The position numbers and the translations under genes were made by a program. The notes beneath the pieces are model-generated. The model did no database searches. It was not told where the DNA came from and worked only from the letters and a program-made list of their open reading frames with translations. A stretch of DNA of 64,000 bases from a virus. The stretch lies in the IMG/VR virus record IMGVR_UViG_3300026189_000003, positions 32,001-96,000 of that record. One strand, written 5' to 3'. Shown in pieces: positions 37,154 to 48,273 of this stretch (within the stretch, counting starts at the first letter, position 1; every line of letters begins with the position of its first letter).

Positions 37154-39502
37154 ATGGATTTTATAGATATTGACATCGACGGAAAAAATGTAAGAATACC
37201 AGAATTCGCTTCTGATAAGAGTATTCAGCAGATTCACAAGGTCCTTAAAGAACAGCTAAAAGTCTCTTTGGGTAACAAAGATGGCAAAGCCATTGCCAAG
37301 TTGCTCAGCACAAGAAACACCCAATCACAGAAAATAGCGGCCGCAGAAGAGAAGGCAAGAAAAAAAGCAGAAAAAGATAGAGAGAGACAGACAAAAGCTC
37401 AAGAGAAAGCAAACGATGAACTAAAAAAACATGGTCAAAAATTAGATGCCAATCAAGGCATATTAAAAAAAGCCATGGACAACTTGGCAGGTTCAGGTGG
37501 TGTGTTTGGATCAGCCATGGGAGGCATAAGCAAGTTTGCAAGATTTATTAGTCCACTGACAGCGGCCTTTGCCGGTTTGGTAAAAGGTGTACAAGCGGCC
37601 TTTAAATTTTTAATGAGATTAGGAAGACTAGAAAATACATTGTTCAGAACAGGACTATCAGGATTTTCTGATAGAGATGGTCAAGTGGCAACAGGAGTAT
37701 CCACTTTTGCCAAGCAGGCACTAGATGCCAATCTAAGTATTGATCAGTTTGCAGAATTGACTCAGCAGTTTGCAACAGCGGCCGGTGAGTTTGGAACACA
37801 AACTTTATCAGATGCAATCAACAGCACACAGAACTTAATCAAAGAACAAGGCTTCTTGGGTTTATCAGTAAATGAAATGGCAGGAGCCACTGCTGAAGTT
37901 TCTGATGTGTTAAGACAATTAGGTTTCGATCAAACAATGCAGAGTGGTACTATTGCAACACAGACAGTACAACTTTTGAGAACAACACAGGCATTCACAA
38001 AATTAACAAACGCATCAAACGAATTAATTAGAACTTTAACCTTACAGGCAAGTCAAGTCAATTCATTTACCAATGCATTACAAATGTTAGATGGTGGTAG
38101 CAGATTGTCAACATTGGAAGCGGCACAAACAGCCTTTGCAGGATTGGCCGCATTTGGAGAAGGTGCAGGTAGCGAATTAGCAATGGCAGTATCAGATGCA
38201 ATAGGTAAAGGTGGATTACAGTTCACACAATTCGGACAAGACTTACAGGCAGTGTCACCGGGACTATTTGCTAGTTTACAAAATTTATCTGAAGTAGTTA
38301 AAGCTGATGGTGATGTGATTGGAGCATTAGATGATTTCAAAGATGCAATTAAAGATGTAGATGAAGGACAAAGACCATTCTTACGTAACTTGATGATTGC
38401 AGGAGTACCGATGGCAGACTTTGTAACTAGATTGGCCAATATGTCAGATATCATAGATGACAACAGTTTTTCAATCATGGAAGAAACCAAGGCACGTGAA
38501 ACAGCAGGACAGCTAGGTAAAATACAAGCAGAGCTGGCTCAAATCATTGCCAAAGTCAAAACTGCATTTACATCATTGTTGGTTTCATTTTTAACACCAG
38601 ATGTGATAAACGGTTTTGCAACAGTGATGGAAGTGGTGATGGGTGCGTTAGACAAATTAGCAAATTACATCAAAGGTGATTTCTTTGACAGCCTTAATGG
38701 TTATATGCACAAGATAGGAAACTTTATATCACAACTGTTTGATGGCAGTATGTTTAACAATATAATAGGTGGCATGAGCACAGGCTTAACAGATATGTTT
38801 GTTGCAATATTAAGCAAAGCAATGGCACTGGTAACACCAGGTGGTCATGATGCAGATACATTTAAATTATTAGATCAGCACATGGCAAGTTACAAAGATG
38901 CTACAGGTAAAATGAAAGGTATGTCACCAGGAAATCCGCAATACGCACAATTGCAGAAACAACAATCAGATGCTATCAAGGCCATGTATCTAGCTGAAGG
39001 TGGATATGATAAGGATGAGATCGACAAGTATATAAAGACAGGTAAAGACACATCTAGTTTAAGAAATATGGATAGATTCATGAGAGGCAAAGGCTTCTTT
39101 GGTGTAGGCTATGGTGATAGCAATTTAGATCACAAGGCGGCACTTGTAGATAGTGTAGGACAGTACGGGTACAGCTTTGACGACCAACCCAAGAAACAAA
39201 TGACATCCACAGGATTCAAAGACAGTGAATATGTGCCAGGTAGTTCAACTTACGATAATCCATATGCAGGAAAATTTGGTCGTGTAGAAGCAATGGATTT
39301 TGGAACATCGGTCACTAAATCAAATATTAAAATAATGCCAATGATGGGTGATGCCAGCAGTCCAAGTAAGACTGTAAATGAAAAATTGTTAGAAGAATAT
39401 ATTAAAGCAAATGAATTATCTGCAGAACAAACTGCTGAATTACGTAAGATGTATAATGAATTGATAAAAATCAACAGTAATACCAAAGAAACCCAAACTT
39501 AA
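37154..39502 (+). CDS. Probable tape measure protein
   Basis: 782 aa, helical A/G/L/Q-rich with hydrophobic stretches; next to the frameshifted chaperone and before the portal. Confidence 0.65.
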   Translation: MDFIDIDIDGKNVRIPEFASDKSIQQIHKVLKEQLKVSLGNKDGKAIAKLLSTRNTQSQKIAAAEEKARKKAEKDRERQTKAQEKANDELKKHGQKLDANQGILKKAMDNLAGSGGVFGSAMGGISKFARFISPLTAAFAGLVKGVQAAFKFLMRLGRLENTLFRTGLSGFSDRDGQVATGVSTFAKQALDANLSIDQFAELTQQFATAAGEFGTQTLSDAINSTQNLIKEQGFLGLSVNEMAGATAEVSDVLRQLGFDQTMQSGTIATQTVQLLRTTQAFTKLTNASNELIRTLTLQASQVNSFTNALQMLDGGSRLSTLEAAQTAFAGLAAFGEGAGSELAMAVSDAIGKGGLQFTQFGQDLQAVSPGLFASLQNLSEVVKADGDVIGALDDFKDAIKDVDEGQRPFLRNLMIAGVPMADFVTRLANMSDIIDDNSFSIMEETKARETAGQLGKIQAELAQIIAKVKTAFTSLLVSFLTPDVINGFATVMEVVMGALDKLANYIKGDFFDSLNGYMHKIGNFISQLFDGSMFNNIIGGMSTGLTDMFVAILSKAMALVTPGGHDADTFKLLDQHMASYKDATGKMKGMSPGNPQYAQLQKQQSDAIKAMYLAEGGYDKDEIDKYIKTGKDTSSLRNMDRFMRGKGFFGVGYGDSNLDHKAALVDSVGQYGYSFDDQPKKQMTSTGFKDSEYVPGSSTYDNPYAGKFGRVEAMDFGTSVTKSNIKIMPMMGDASSPSKTVNEKLLEEYIKANELSAEQTAELRKMYNELIKINSNTKETQT

Positions 39503-39520
39503 TAAGGTTGATAAAAACAC

Positions 39521-39554
39521 TTGACAACAGCAAAGAAAACATATACTATAAATA
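39521..39554 (+). promoter_or_regulatory. Overlapping sigma70-like (TTGACA-N17-TACTAT) and late (TATAAATA) promoters of the portal gene
   Basis: Both motifs read directly. Confidence 0.6.
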
Positions 39555-39561
39555 ATATATC

Positions 39562-41283
39562 ATGAGTTGGCGAAAATATTTTAAAGAATACGGTACAGAA
39601 GCTGGAACAAACTCTCCAATAGGGAGTACTTCTACATCAGCAAATAATACCGCTCACAGCAAGTATAACACTTGGTTACCAGAAGTGTATGCTGGTATGC
39701 CGAACAGACGTGAAAGATACTATCAATATGACATGATGGATCTTGACACAGAAATTAATGCGGCGATGGATACTATTGCTGAATTTTGTTCTCAAATAGA
39801 CGAAGAAACAGGTTCACCTTTTAGTATCAAATACAAAGATGAGCCAACTGACACTGAATCAGGTTTGTTAACTGACACATTAAATCAGTGGAACAAAATT
39901 AATCAATGGCAAAAAAGATGCTTCAAGATGGTACGAAACACTATCAAGTACGGAGATCAAATGTTTGTCAGAGATCCACAAACATACAAATGGTATTGGG
40001 TAGATCCAACTACTGTTGAAAGAATTGTTGTTAATGAAGGTAAAGGTAAAAAACCTGAAGCATACTTCATTAAAAATTTAGATCTTAATGTTAAAAATTT
40101 AAATATCACATCAGATGCTTATTCACATTTTAATTCACCGTTGAGCGGTGGTAATCAAGCATTAGGTTCACCAATGTCAGGTGGACAATCAAACAGAGCA
40201 TATCAACCAACAGGACAATCAGCCGCAGGCGGATATGGCGGAACAAGATTTCAAAGAGATGCAACTGTGTATCCAATTGATGCATCACACGTTGTACATT
40301 TAAGTTTAACAGAAGGCATGGATAGATTTTGGCCTTTTGGAATTAGTTTATTAGAACCTATTTTTAAAACTTTCAAACAAAAAGAACTTTTAGAAGATTC
40401 AATAATCATTTACAGAGTACAAAGAGCACCTGAAAGACGTGTGTTCTATATTGACGTAGGTAATATGCCAACATCAAAAGCAATGTCATTCATTGAAAGA
40501 GTTAAAAACGAAATACACCAAAGAAGAATTCCAAACCAAACAGGTGGTGGTTCAAATGTTATGGATGCAACTTACAATCCATTGTCAATGATAGAAGACT
40601 ATTTCTTTGCTCAAACGGCAGAGGGCAGAGGATCTAAAGTTGAAACACTGCCAGGTGGAACACAACTAGGTGAAATAGATGATTTAAGATATTTTAATGA
40701 TAAGCTAATGAAAGGTTTAAGAGTACCAAGTGCGTACTTACCAAGTTCACCAAACGATCCGCAAACTGCATTCACAGATGGTAGAGTTGGTACAGCTTAC
40801 ATTCAAGAATTTAGATTTACGAAGTTCTGTAAAAGAATACAAAACTTCATACAACCTAGTGTTGATAGAGAATTTAAAATGTTCTTAAAACACAGAGGTA
40901 TTGAAATTGATTCAGGTATGTTTGAATTACAATTTAATGAACCACAAAACTTTGGCAAGTACAGACAAATTGAATTAGATACACAGCTAGTTAATATCTT
41001 TAACCAAGTACAACAAGTACCTTACATTAGTAAGAGATTTGCTCTTAAACGTTTCTTAAAAATGAGTGAAGATGAAATTTATGAGAATCAAAGATTATGG
41101 GCTGAAGAAAATAAATCTCAAATGCCAGGTGAAGAAGCTGTTGCAGATGATTTAGGTGCAGTAGGCGGAGCACCAATGCCAGCAAGTGATATGCCAACAT
41201 CAGCAGATGATGTAAGTCCAGATGACGATGGACAGACTTCACCTATACCAGGTGATCAATCAGATAACACAGAAGAAGCTTAA
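39562..41283 (+). CDS. gp20: Portal protein (T4 gp20-like)
   Basis: 'LEDSIIIYRVQRAPERRVFYIDVGNMP', 'EDYF', 'VETLPGG..LGEIDD'. Confidence 0.95.
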   Translation: MSWRKYFKEYGTEAGTNSPIGSTSTSANNTAHSKYNTWLPEVYAGMPNRRERYYQYDMMDLDTEINAAMDTIAEFCSQIDEETGSPFSIKYKDEPTDTESGLLTDTLNQWNKINQWQKRCFKMVRNTIKYGDQMFVRDPQTYKWYWVDPTTVERIVVNEGKGKKPEAYFIKNLDLNVKNLNITSDAYSHFNSPLSGGNQALGSPMSGGQSNRAYQPTGQSAAGGYGGTRFQRDATVYPIDASHVVHLSLTEGMDRFWPFGISLLEPIFKTFKQKELLEDSIIIYRVQRAPERRVFYIDVGNMPTSKAMSFIERVKNEIHQRRIPNQTGGGSNVMDATYNPLSMIEDYFFAQTAEGRGSKVETLPGGTQLGEIDDLRYFNDKLMKGLRVPSAYLPSSPNDPQTAFTDGRVGTAYIQEFRFTKFCKRIQNFIQPSVDREFKMFLKHRGIEIDSGMFELQFNEPQNFGKYRQIELDTQLVNIFNQVQQVPYISKRFALKRFLKMSEDEIYENQRLWAEENKSQMPGEEAVADDLGAVGGAPMPASDMPTSADDVSPDDDGQTSPIPGDQSDNTEEA

Positions 41284-41287
41284 TATA

Positions 41288-41491
41288 TTAATGTATTGTT
41301 TGGTTAGTAGGCTCTACTACTACATCATCATTAATACGATCCATTAGGTATTGGGCAACAACTTTTAGATCAGCAATGGTATTTCTTTCTTCTTCGTCAA
41401 GGTCTTTACGATCTTCCATTATAACAATGTAATTGTTAATAGCATCAAGCTCAGCTTGGAAAAGTTCTTTTACACTTACAATTTTTTCCAT
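41288..41491 (-). CDS. Hypothetical protein
   Basis: 67-aa ORF filling the gap; helical; ends '..TIH'. Confidence 0.55.
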   Translation of the reverse strand: MEKIVSVKELFQAELDAINNYIVIMEDRKDLDEEERNTIADLKVVAQYLMDRINDDVVVEPTNQTIH

Positions 41492-41535
41492 TACTTCGTA
41501 ACCTTTCTTTAAGTTATTTACTAAATAATATTATC

Positions 41536-41736
41536 ATGCGTATAAAAGAACTAAAAGAAGCCTATTTTCCAGATCAAGACAAGTATTCGTCTGCTCAAAT
41601 AGGTTCATCAAGAAAAACTCGACTTACTTTAAAACATTTAAATAAGCTGAGAAAAGTAAGAGAAATACGTTTACAAGATCAACAAGAAAATGCTGAATTT
41701 GTATCACGTATGTATAATGTTAACCAAGCTGTTTAA
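41536..41736 (+). CDS. Small head-assembly protein
   Basis: TAAATA promoter; 'RKTRLTLKHLNKLRK'; lies between portal and scaffold genes. Confidence 0.65.
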   Translation: MRIKELKEAYFPDQDKYSSAQIGSSRKTRLTLKHLNKLRKVREIRLQDQQENAEFVSRMYNVNQAV

Positions 41737-41885
41737 GACCTAAAAGATCTTTATAAACAGCTTATATTACGGTTTTTTCAAAAAAAACCGCAATATCCCA
41801 CCGTTTGAGAGAAGAAATTTTCAATTTCTGTTAAATACAAGCAATTAAAATAGTAGTACGTGCTAATTTATAAGGAGATATCGAT

Positions 41886-42755
41886 ATGTCAGAAATGAGT
41901 TCAAAACTAGAGCAAGTTTTAGAATTTCTAGTGAATGGCGAGCAAGACAAAGCAGAAGCTATGTTACACGACGCCATTGTTGAAAAAGCTAGATCAATTC
42001 ACGAAGAACTTGTAAACGAAGACTCTACAGCAGAAGAAAAAGTTGAAGAAGCTACAGAAGAAAAAGTAGAAGAAGCAACTGATTCTGAAGAAGCAGTAGA
42101 AGAATCAAAAGAAGAAGAGTCAACAACAGAATCAAAAGACGAAGAAGCTGTTGAAGAAACTGTAGGCGGCGAAACAGGCGACGCTGAACAAGATCTTAAA
42201 GACGAATTAAAACAAGAAGCTGAAGATAACGCAGAAGAAATCGAATACGAAGAAACTAACGAAGACGATGGTGATGAAGACGGTGAAAAAGACGATCATG
42301 ATCATGAAGACGTAGAAGACAAAGTAGACGATTTAGAAGATGCTTTAGAAGAGCTGAAAGATAAATTCGAAAAAATTATGGCCGGTGACGATATGGAAGC
42401 TGAAGAAGAAGCTCCAGCCGAAGACGAAATGGAAGTTGAAATGCCAGCTGAGGAATCAGTTGAAGTTGAAGCTACTGAAGAGTCTAAGGAAGACGCTTTA
42501 GAAGAAGCATCATTGACACCAGTTAAAACAGATAACAAAGATGGATCAGAAAAATCAAAATCACCAGTAGCTAACGCAAACATGAAAGACATGGGTGCGG
42601 CACCTAGCGTATCAAAAGGTGGTGATGAGAAAGGTGCTCCAGCCCCGAAAGCGGCTGACATGGGTGCTACAACTGTTCCAAATACTTCGACTGTAGCTGT
42701 AGCTAAAGCAGACGGCGGTGACGCAAAAGCTAAATCTACAATTTCAGGCAAGTAG
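41886..42755 (+). CDS. Highly acidic prohead core / scaffolding protein
   Basis: Very D/E-rich; many (V/L)EE candidate protease sites; precedes the prohead protease. Confidence 0.7.
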   Translation: MSEMSSKLEQVLEFLVNGEQDKAEAMLHDAIVEKARSIHEELVNEDSTAEEKVEEATEEKVEEATDSEEAVEESKEEESTTESKDEEAVEETVGGETGDAEQDLKDELKQEAEDNAEEIEYEETNEDDGDEDGEKDDHDHEDVEDKVDDLEDALEELKDKFEKIMAGDDMEAEEEAPAEDEMEVEMPAEESVEVEATEESKEDALEEASLTPVKTDNKDGSEKSKSPVANANMKDMGAAPSVSKGGDEKGAPAPKAADMGATTVPNTSTVAVAKADGGDAKAKSTISGK

Positions 42756-42782
42756 TATTGTTAAAGAAAGCGAGAACCTAGA

Positions 42783-43415
42783 ATGATTCGTCCATTAACA
42801 GAAGCATTAACTTTCGATCAAGCAAAGATTGAAGTTTTATCGGAAGGTAAAGACGACCATAAACATCTTAAGATGAAAGGTGTTTTTATTCAAGGTGGCG
42901 TAAAAAATCAAAACCAAAGGATTTATCCAGTTAGTGAAATCTCAACTGCTGTAGGCAACATCAAATCACGTATTGATGCAGGTTACAGTGTTTTAGGTGA
43001 AGCTGACCATCCAGAGAACTTAACAGTAAATTTAGATCGTGTCTCACACATGATCGAAGAGATTTGGATGGATGGACCTAATGGTATTGGAAAACTAAAA
43101 ATAATGCCGACACCGATGGGTAAAATTATAGAAACTTTACTCAATAGCGGTGCGAAACTAGGTGTAAGTTCAAGAGGGTCAGGTAACGTAAATGAAACCG
43201 GTGAAGTTCAAGGATTTGAAATTATCACTGTTGACATTGTTGCTCAACCTTCGGCCCCCGATGCCTACCCAAAAGCCATTTATGAAGGCTTATGGAATAT
43301 GAGGGGTGGTCAACAACTACATGGTTTGAGTCAAGCAAGTTTGTTTGATAAACAAGCCGAGAAGTATTTGGCCAAAGAAATTACGAAACTAATAAGTGAG
43401 TTAAACAAGAAGTAA
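42783..43415 (+). CDS. gp21: Prohead protease (gp21-like)
   Basis: 'NQNQRIYP', 'GEADHP', 'LGVSSRGSG', 'DIVAQPSAPDA'. Confidence 0.95.
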   Translation: MIRPLTEALTFDQAKIEVLSEGKDDHKHLKMKGVFIQGGVKNQNQRIYPVSEISTAVGNIKSRIDAGYSVLGEADHPENLTVNLDRVSHMIEEIWMDGPNGIGKLKIMPTPMGKIIETLLNSGAKLGVSSRGSGNVNETGEVQGFEIITVDIVAQPSAPDAYPKAIYEGLWNMRGGQQLHGLSQASLFDKQAEKYLAKEITKLISELNKK

Positions 43416-43425
43416 GGAGATTCAG

Positions 43426-44514
43426 ATGGCAGACATTAAAGAAATTTTTGGATCAGATGTTTTAAGCGAAGAGCTTACGACACAAGTTCAAGAAGCTTGG
43501 GAGAAAAAGCTGTCCGAGACTCGAGAGGAAATCTCAGCAGAACTTAGAGAAGAGTTTGCACAGAGATATGAGAATGATAAATCACAGATTGTTGAAGCAA
43601 TGGACAACATGATGTCAGATGCATTAAAGAAAGAAATTTCAGAATTTGCAGAAGACAAAGCAAATGTTGTTAAAGAAAGAGTTGCTTATAAAAAAGCAGT
43701 AGGTGAGCATTCAAATATGCTGTCTAAATTTATCACTGACGCTTTAGTAAAAGAAGTTAGTGAGCTAAGGGAAGATAGAGATAGCCTTAAAGGTCAATTT
43801 ACAAAATTGGAAAATTTTGTAGTCAGACAACTCTCTAAAGAGCTAACTGAATTCGAACAAGATAAGAAAGATCTAGTTGAAAGAAAAGTAAAATTAGTTG
43901 CTGAAGGTAAGAAAATTATCGAAGAAACTAAATCAGCTTTCATCAAGAGAGCCTCTTCTCTTGTAGAGAAAACAGTAGACTCAATTCTACGAAATGAAAT
44001 GACAACACTTAAAGAAGATATTAAAGTTGCTAAAGAAAACAACTTTGGTAGAAAAGTGTTTGAAGCTTTCGCAGGTGAGTATATGAGTTCATACCTTTCA
44101 GAAAGTGGTGAAATTAAAAAATTGCAATCAGATATAACTGAGAAGCAAAATGCAATTTCAGAACTAGAAGGAAAAGTAGAGCAAAAAGATACTGAAATTC
44201 AAGAAACAGAAACTAAACTAAAAATCGCTGAGGACAAAATGGTTAGAGAAAAAACTTTAGCAGAACTTGTCGCTCCGTTATCAAAAGACAAGCGTCAAGT
44301 TATGGTCGAGTTACTTGAATCAGTTCAAACTGCAAACTTAAAAAAGCAGTTCGACAAATATTTGCCAGCAGTGCTTAATGAAACAGCTGAAGTACAAGAA
44401 TCAGCTAACATCATTACAGAACACACTGGTGATAGAATAAATAATCAATCTATTAATAGTAACGAATCAGACGATATCGTGAACATTAAAAGACTAGCAG
44501 GACTAAGGAGTTAA
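43426..44514 (+). CDS. gp22: Prohead core scaffold protein (gp22-like)
   Basis: Coiled-coil; located between protease and major capsid genes. Confidence 0.85.
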   Translation: MADIKEIFGSDVLSEELTTQVQEAWEKKLSETREEISAELREEFAQRYENDKSQIVEAMDNMMSDALKKEISEFAEDKANVVKERVAYKKAVGEHSNMLSKFITDALVKEVSELREDRDSLKGQFTKLENFVVRQLSKELTEFEQDKKDLVERKVKLVAEGKKIIEETKSAFIKRASSLVEKTVDSILRNEMTTLKEDIKVAKENNFGRKVFEAFAGEYMSSYLSESGEIKKLQSDITEKQNAISELEGKVEQKDTEIQETETKLKIAEDKMVREKTLAELVAPLSKDKRQVMVELLESVQTANLKKQFDKYLPAVLNETAEVQESANIITEHTGDRINNQSINSNESDDIVNIKRLAGLRS

Positions 44515-44518
44515 TACT

Positions 44519-45691
44519 ATGTCAGAAAAAACATTAACTGAAAATTGGAATGATACTAAGTCAGCACTGTTAGAAGGTTTAGAAGGCCAAAAAAAAGATA
44601 CTATGAGTGTAATCTTAGAGAACACTCAATCGTACTTGGCAGAGGCCGCCTCAGCAGGTGCAACAGGAGCCGGTAACGTTGCCGCTCTTAACAAAGTAAT
44701 TCTTCCAGTAATTAGAAGGGTTATGCCTACAGTTATCGCTAACGAAATCGTTGGTGTACAACCTATGACAGGACCAGTGGGTCAGATCCACACATTAAGA
44801 GTAAGATACGCAGAAACAGACCAAGGCGTTACAGCAGGCGAAGAAGCATTATCACCAGCTAAAATTGCCAGAGGTTATTCTGGAGAAGAAGGTGCTACGA
44901 CTGATACAGCCGCAGGTACTTCTACTATGGAAGGTAAAGCAGGAAACAAGCTATCTATTCAAATTTTAAAACAAACAGTTGAAGCTAAGACAAGAAAACT
45001 ATCAGCAAGATGGACTTTTGAGTCAGCTCAAGATGCCAATGCAATGCACGGTTTAGACGTAGAAGCAGAAATCATGGCCGCTTTAGCACAAGAAATAACA
45101 GCTGAGATCGATCAAGAAGTGATCAACTCACTATTATCATTGGCTACTGCCGCAGGTTCAGACTACGACCAATCGGCAACAACTGGTACAGCAACTTTCG
45201 TTGGTGATAAACACGCCGCTTTGGCAGTTTTAATCAACAGAGAAGCTAACAGAATCGCACAAAGAACAAGAAGAGGTGCAGGTAACTACGCAGTTATGTC
45301 ACCAGCCGCTTTAACAGTTCTTCAGTCAGCGACAACTTCAGCTTTTGCAAGAACAACTGAAGGTACATTCGAAGCACCAACTAATACTAAAATGGTTGGT
45401 ACACTTAACGGTGCAATGAGAATATATGTAAACTCATACGCTTCAGACGGTACTTCAATTCTTGTAGGTTACAAAGGTGCAGGTGAAGTAGATTCTCCAG
45501 CATTCTATTGTCCTTACATTCCACTAATGAGCTCAGGCGTTGTAATTGATCCAGCTACATTTGAACCAACAGTGTCATTCATGACAAGATACGGTTATGT
45601 AGAATTATCAAACACAGCATCTTCATTAGGTAATGCAGGTGACTACCTATCAAAAATTAACGTAAACTCAGGTAACTTATCTTTTATCTAA
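44519..45691 (+). CDS. gp23: Major capsid protein (gp23-like)
   Basis: 'GVQPMTGPVGQI', 'RKLSARWT.E.AQD', 'EITAEID', 'FYCPYIPL', 'MTRYG'. Confidence 0.97.
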   Translation: MSEKTLTENWNDTKSALLEGLEGQKKDTMSVILENTQSYLAEAASAGATGAGNVAALNKVILPVIRRVMPTVIANEIVGVQPMTGPVGQIHTLRVRYAETDQGVTAGEEALSPAKIARGYSGEEGATTDTAAGTSTMEGKAGNKLSIQILKQTVEAKTRKLSARWTFESAQDANAMHGLDVEAEIMAALAQEITAEIDQEVINSLLSLATAAGSDYDQSATTGTATFVGDKHAALAVLINREANRIAQRTRRGAGNYAVMSPAALTVLQSATTSAFARTTEGTFEAPTNTKMVGTLNGAMRIYVNSYASDGTSILVGYKGAGEVDSPAFYCPYIPLMSSGVVIDPATFEPTVSFMTRYGYVELSNTASSLGNAGDYLSKINVNSGNLSFI

Positions 45692-45718
45692 GAGATATAT
45701 TACAGTTTTACTTTATTC

Positions 45719-45748
45719 AAAACGCCCGGCTTTATGTCGGGCGTTTTT
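45719..45748 (+). terminator. Rho-independent terminator after the major capsid gene
   Basis: AAAACGCCCG...CGGGCGTTTTT. Confidence 0.85.
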
Positions 45749-45795
45749 CTTTTATGCTCTCCCTAAGATGGTAAATAATTACGAAGGAACAAGTT

Positions 45796-48273
45796 ATGGG
45801 CAGAACCACTAGAAAAACCACAGGAACACTGACATTCTCAAGTGATGTAGAATTTAACAATGAAGCACTCAAAGTTAATACTACAGACCTTACAACAGGT
45901 GATAATATTATCACACTTAATAAGAATCAAGGTTCATTATCAGATGCAGGACTTGAAGTTGATAAAGCAGGATCAATACAAGCAAGTCTAATTTATAACG
46001 ACTCTGGAACTGGTACTTGGAGATTTACAGGTGCAAGTGCAATTGATATGACTGGTGCATCACTGACAAACTTTTCCGTAACGAGCTTAACTAATCTTAA
46101 TGTAACTAATTTTGTATCTAACAATGTTGATATAGGTGGCGGAGCCATTGATGGCACTACAATTGGTGGAACAACACCAGGTGCAGGTAGTTTTACCACA
46201 CTTCAAGCATCAGGTGGTATTACTGGTACACTTACTGGTACAGCATCATCGATAGCTAATCATTCAACTACTAATCTAGCAGAAGGTTCAAATCTATATT
46301 ATACTGACACTAGATGGGATAGTAGATTAGGAACTAAAACAACAGATAATTTATCAGAAGGTTCTTCAAATTTATATTTCACAGATGCAAGATGGGATAC
46401 AAGACTTGGTACAAAGTCAACAACGAATTTAGCAGAAGGCACTAACTTATACTTTACCAATGCTAGAGCAGATGCTAGAGCAGATGTTAGAATAGCGGCA
46501 TCATCAATTAATGCTTTATCAGATGTTAATACATCAGGTGTTGCAACAAATCATGTACTACAATGGAATGGCACAGCTTTTGTACCAGCATCAATTGGTA
46601 ATTCTTTTTCTAACATTGTAACAGATAAAGATAATAGCACTAGTGCTGTAACAGGTGCCACACTTCAAAACGAAGCGGCATCAGGTCTTACAGCAACTAT
46701 TACACCACAAGATTCGAGTGCAAAACTTTTAATACAATCTAATATAAAATACAGTGTACAATCATCAACAGGTAGCACTGCATTTTATATCAGATTATGG
46801 AGAGACAAAGGTGCAGGCAGTGAAAAACTATTAGCAGAAGATGTAGTATATGAAGCTACAAACACAGCTACAACATTTCAAACTAACTTTAGTGTATTTG
46901 ATGCCCCGGGTGATACAAGTGCTCACACGTATGCAGTATACTATGATGCCTCAACTGCTAATGGTACATTAACACCAAATCCGGCACACTCTGAAGGAAC
47001 TGCAAGTGAGAATTATATAACGGCTTCTGAATCAATTATAACTGCAGATTTAGTCACGTTAACAGGTTCAAATACTTTAACAAATAAAATATTAACATCA
47101 CCAACTATTACTACTCCAATTATAAATGGCACAATTTCTGGTACAGCTATTAAAGATGAAGACAATTTTGCTTCAGACAGTAATCAACATTTAGCAACAC
47201 AGCAAAGTATTAAATCTTATGTTGATGCACAGGTTCAATCAAAAGATACATTAGGTGAACTTACAGATGTTGATACATCAGGTGCTTCAAATGGTAAGAT
47301 TATAAAATATAATGGTACTACTTGGGTAGTAGCAGATGATACAGACACAGATACAGGTATATTAAATGTTGTAGAAGATACAACTCCACAACTTGGCGGA
47401 GGATTAGATTTAAACTCGCAAAATATTACAGGTACTGGATCAATTAACATAACTGGTGGTATTACAGCGTCTACAACAGGTGCATTTAAAGATGGAACAT
47501 ATTCAGGTAACGTTACAGTAAGTGGTAATTTAACTGTTGAAGGAGATACAACTACAATTGATGTAACTCAGTTAGAAGTTGAAGATCCAATGATTTATCT
47601 AAATAGAAATGCTGGTAGTAATTCAACTAACACATATGACTCTGGTATATTAATTGAAAGAGGTAGTAGTGAAGTTCATGCTGGTATGATTTGGCAAGAA
47701 GCTACAGACAGATTTAAATTTTTAACATCAACAGGAATCACACCTTCAACAACAGTTGTACCGTCAATTACATTAGCAGACGTACAAGCGGCTACAGTAC
47801 ATACAAATGGTATATTACCTAGTGCAGATGCTACATATGACATTGGAAGTTCGTCATTAGGATATAACATGGTTTACGCAAAAGCAACATCGGCTCAATA
47901 TGCTGACTTGGCAGAGCTTTATGTTTCAGATGCAGAATATGAACCTGGCACAGTTGTCGTGTTTGGTGGTGTCGAAGAAGTAACGCAATCAACAGCCTCT
48001 TTAGATCATAAGATTGCTGGAGTAGTTTCTACTAAACCTGCATACTTAATGAATGACAAACAAGAAGGTTGCACAGTTGCAGTTGCATTAAGAGGTAAAG
48101 TTCCGGTTAATGTTATAGGTCCAGTTAGCAAAGGCGACTTAATTGTTTCAAGTGATACACCAGGTGTTGGTAAAGCACATCCAGGTGTTACAAATTGTGT
48201 TTACGTTATTGGAAAATGTATTGAAGATGACGATTCAGAAAATCTTGTTAGACTAGTTAATTGTGTAGTTTAA
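45796..48273 (+). CDS. Fibre-like virion protein with a C-terminal chaperone-like domain
   Basis: S/T/G-rich; 'NL.EG.NLY(Y/F)T..R' repeats; 'VEDTTPQLGG.LD'; C-terminal 'TSAQYADLAE' domain. Confidence 0.75.
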   Translation: MGRTTRKTTGTLTFSSDVEFNNEALKVNTTDLTTGDNIITLNKNQGSLSDAGLEVDKAGSIQASLIYNDSGTGTWRFTGASAIDMTGASLTNFSVTSLTNLNVTNFVSNNVDIGGGAIDGTTIGGTTPGAGSFTTLQASGGITGTLTGTASSIANHSTTNLAEGSNLYYTDTRWDSRLGTKTTDNLSEGSSNLYFTDARWDTRLGTKSTTNLAEGTNLYFTNARADARADVRIAASSINALSDVNTSGVATNHVLQWNGTAFVPASIGNSFSNIVTDKDNSTSAVTGATLQNEAASGLTATITPQDSSAKLLIQSNIKYSVQSSTGSTAFYIRLWRDKGAGSEKLLAEDVVYEATNTATTFQTNFSVFDAPGDTSAHTYAVYYDASTANGTLTPNPAHSEGTASENYITASESIITADLVTLTGSNTLTNKILTSPTITTPIINGTISGTAIKDEDNFASDSNQHLATQQSIKSYVDAQVQSKDTLGELTDVDTSGASNGKIIKYNGTTWVVADDTDTDTGILNVVEDTTPQLGGGLDLNSQNITGTGSINITGGITASTTGAFKDGTYSGNVTVSGNLTVEGDTTTIDVTQLEVEDPMIYLNRNAGSNSTNTYDSGILIERGSSEVHAGMIWQEATDRFKFLTSTGITPSTTVVPSITLADVQAATVHTNGILPSADATYDIGSSSLGYNMVYAKATSAQYADLAELYVSDAEYEPGTVVVFGGVEEVTQSTASLDHKIAGVVSTKPAYLMNDKQEGCTVAVALRGKVPVNVIGPVSKGDLIVSSDTPGVGKAHPGVTNCVYVIGKCIEDDDSENLVRLVNCVV
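46264..46470 (+). repeat. Three ~25-aa tandem repeats within the fibre gene
   Basis: TTNLAEGSNLYYTDTRWDSRLGTK / TDNLSEGSSNLYFTDARWDTRLGTK / TTNLAEGTNLYFTNAR. Confidence 0.8.
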
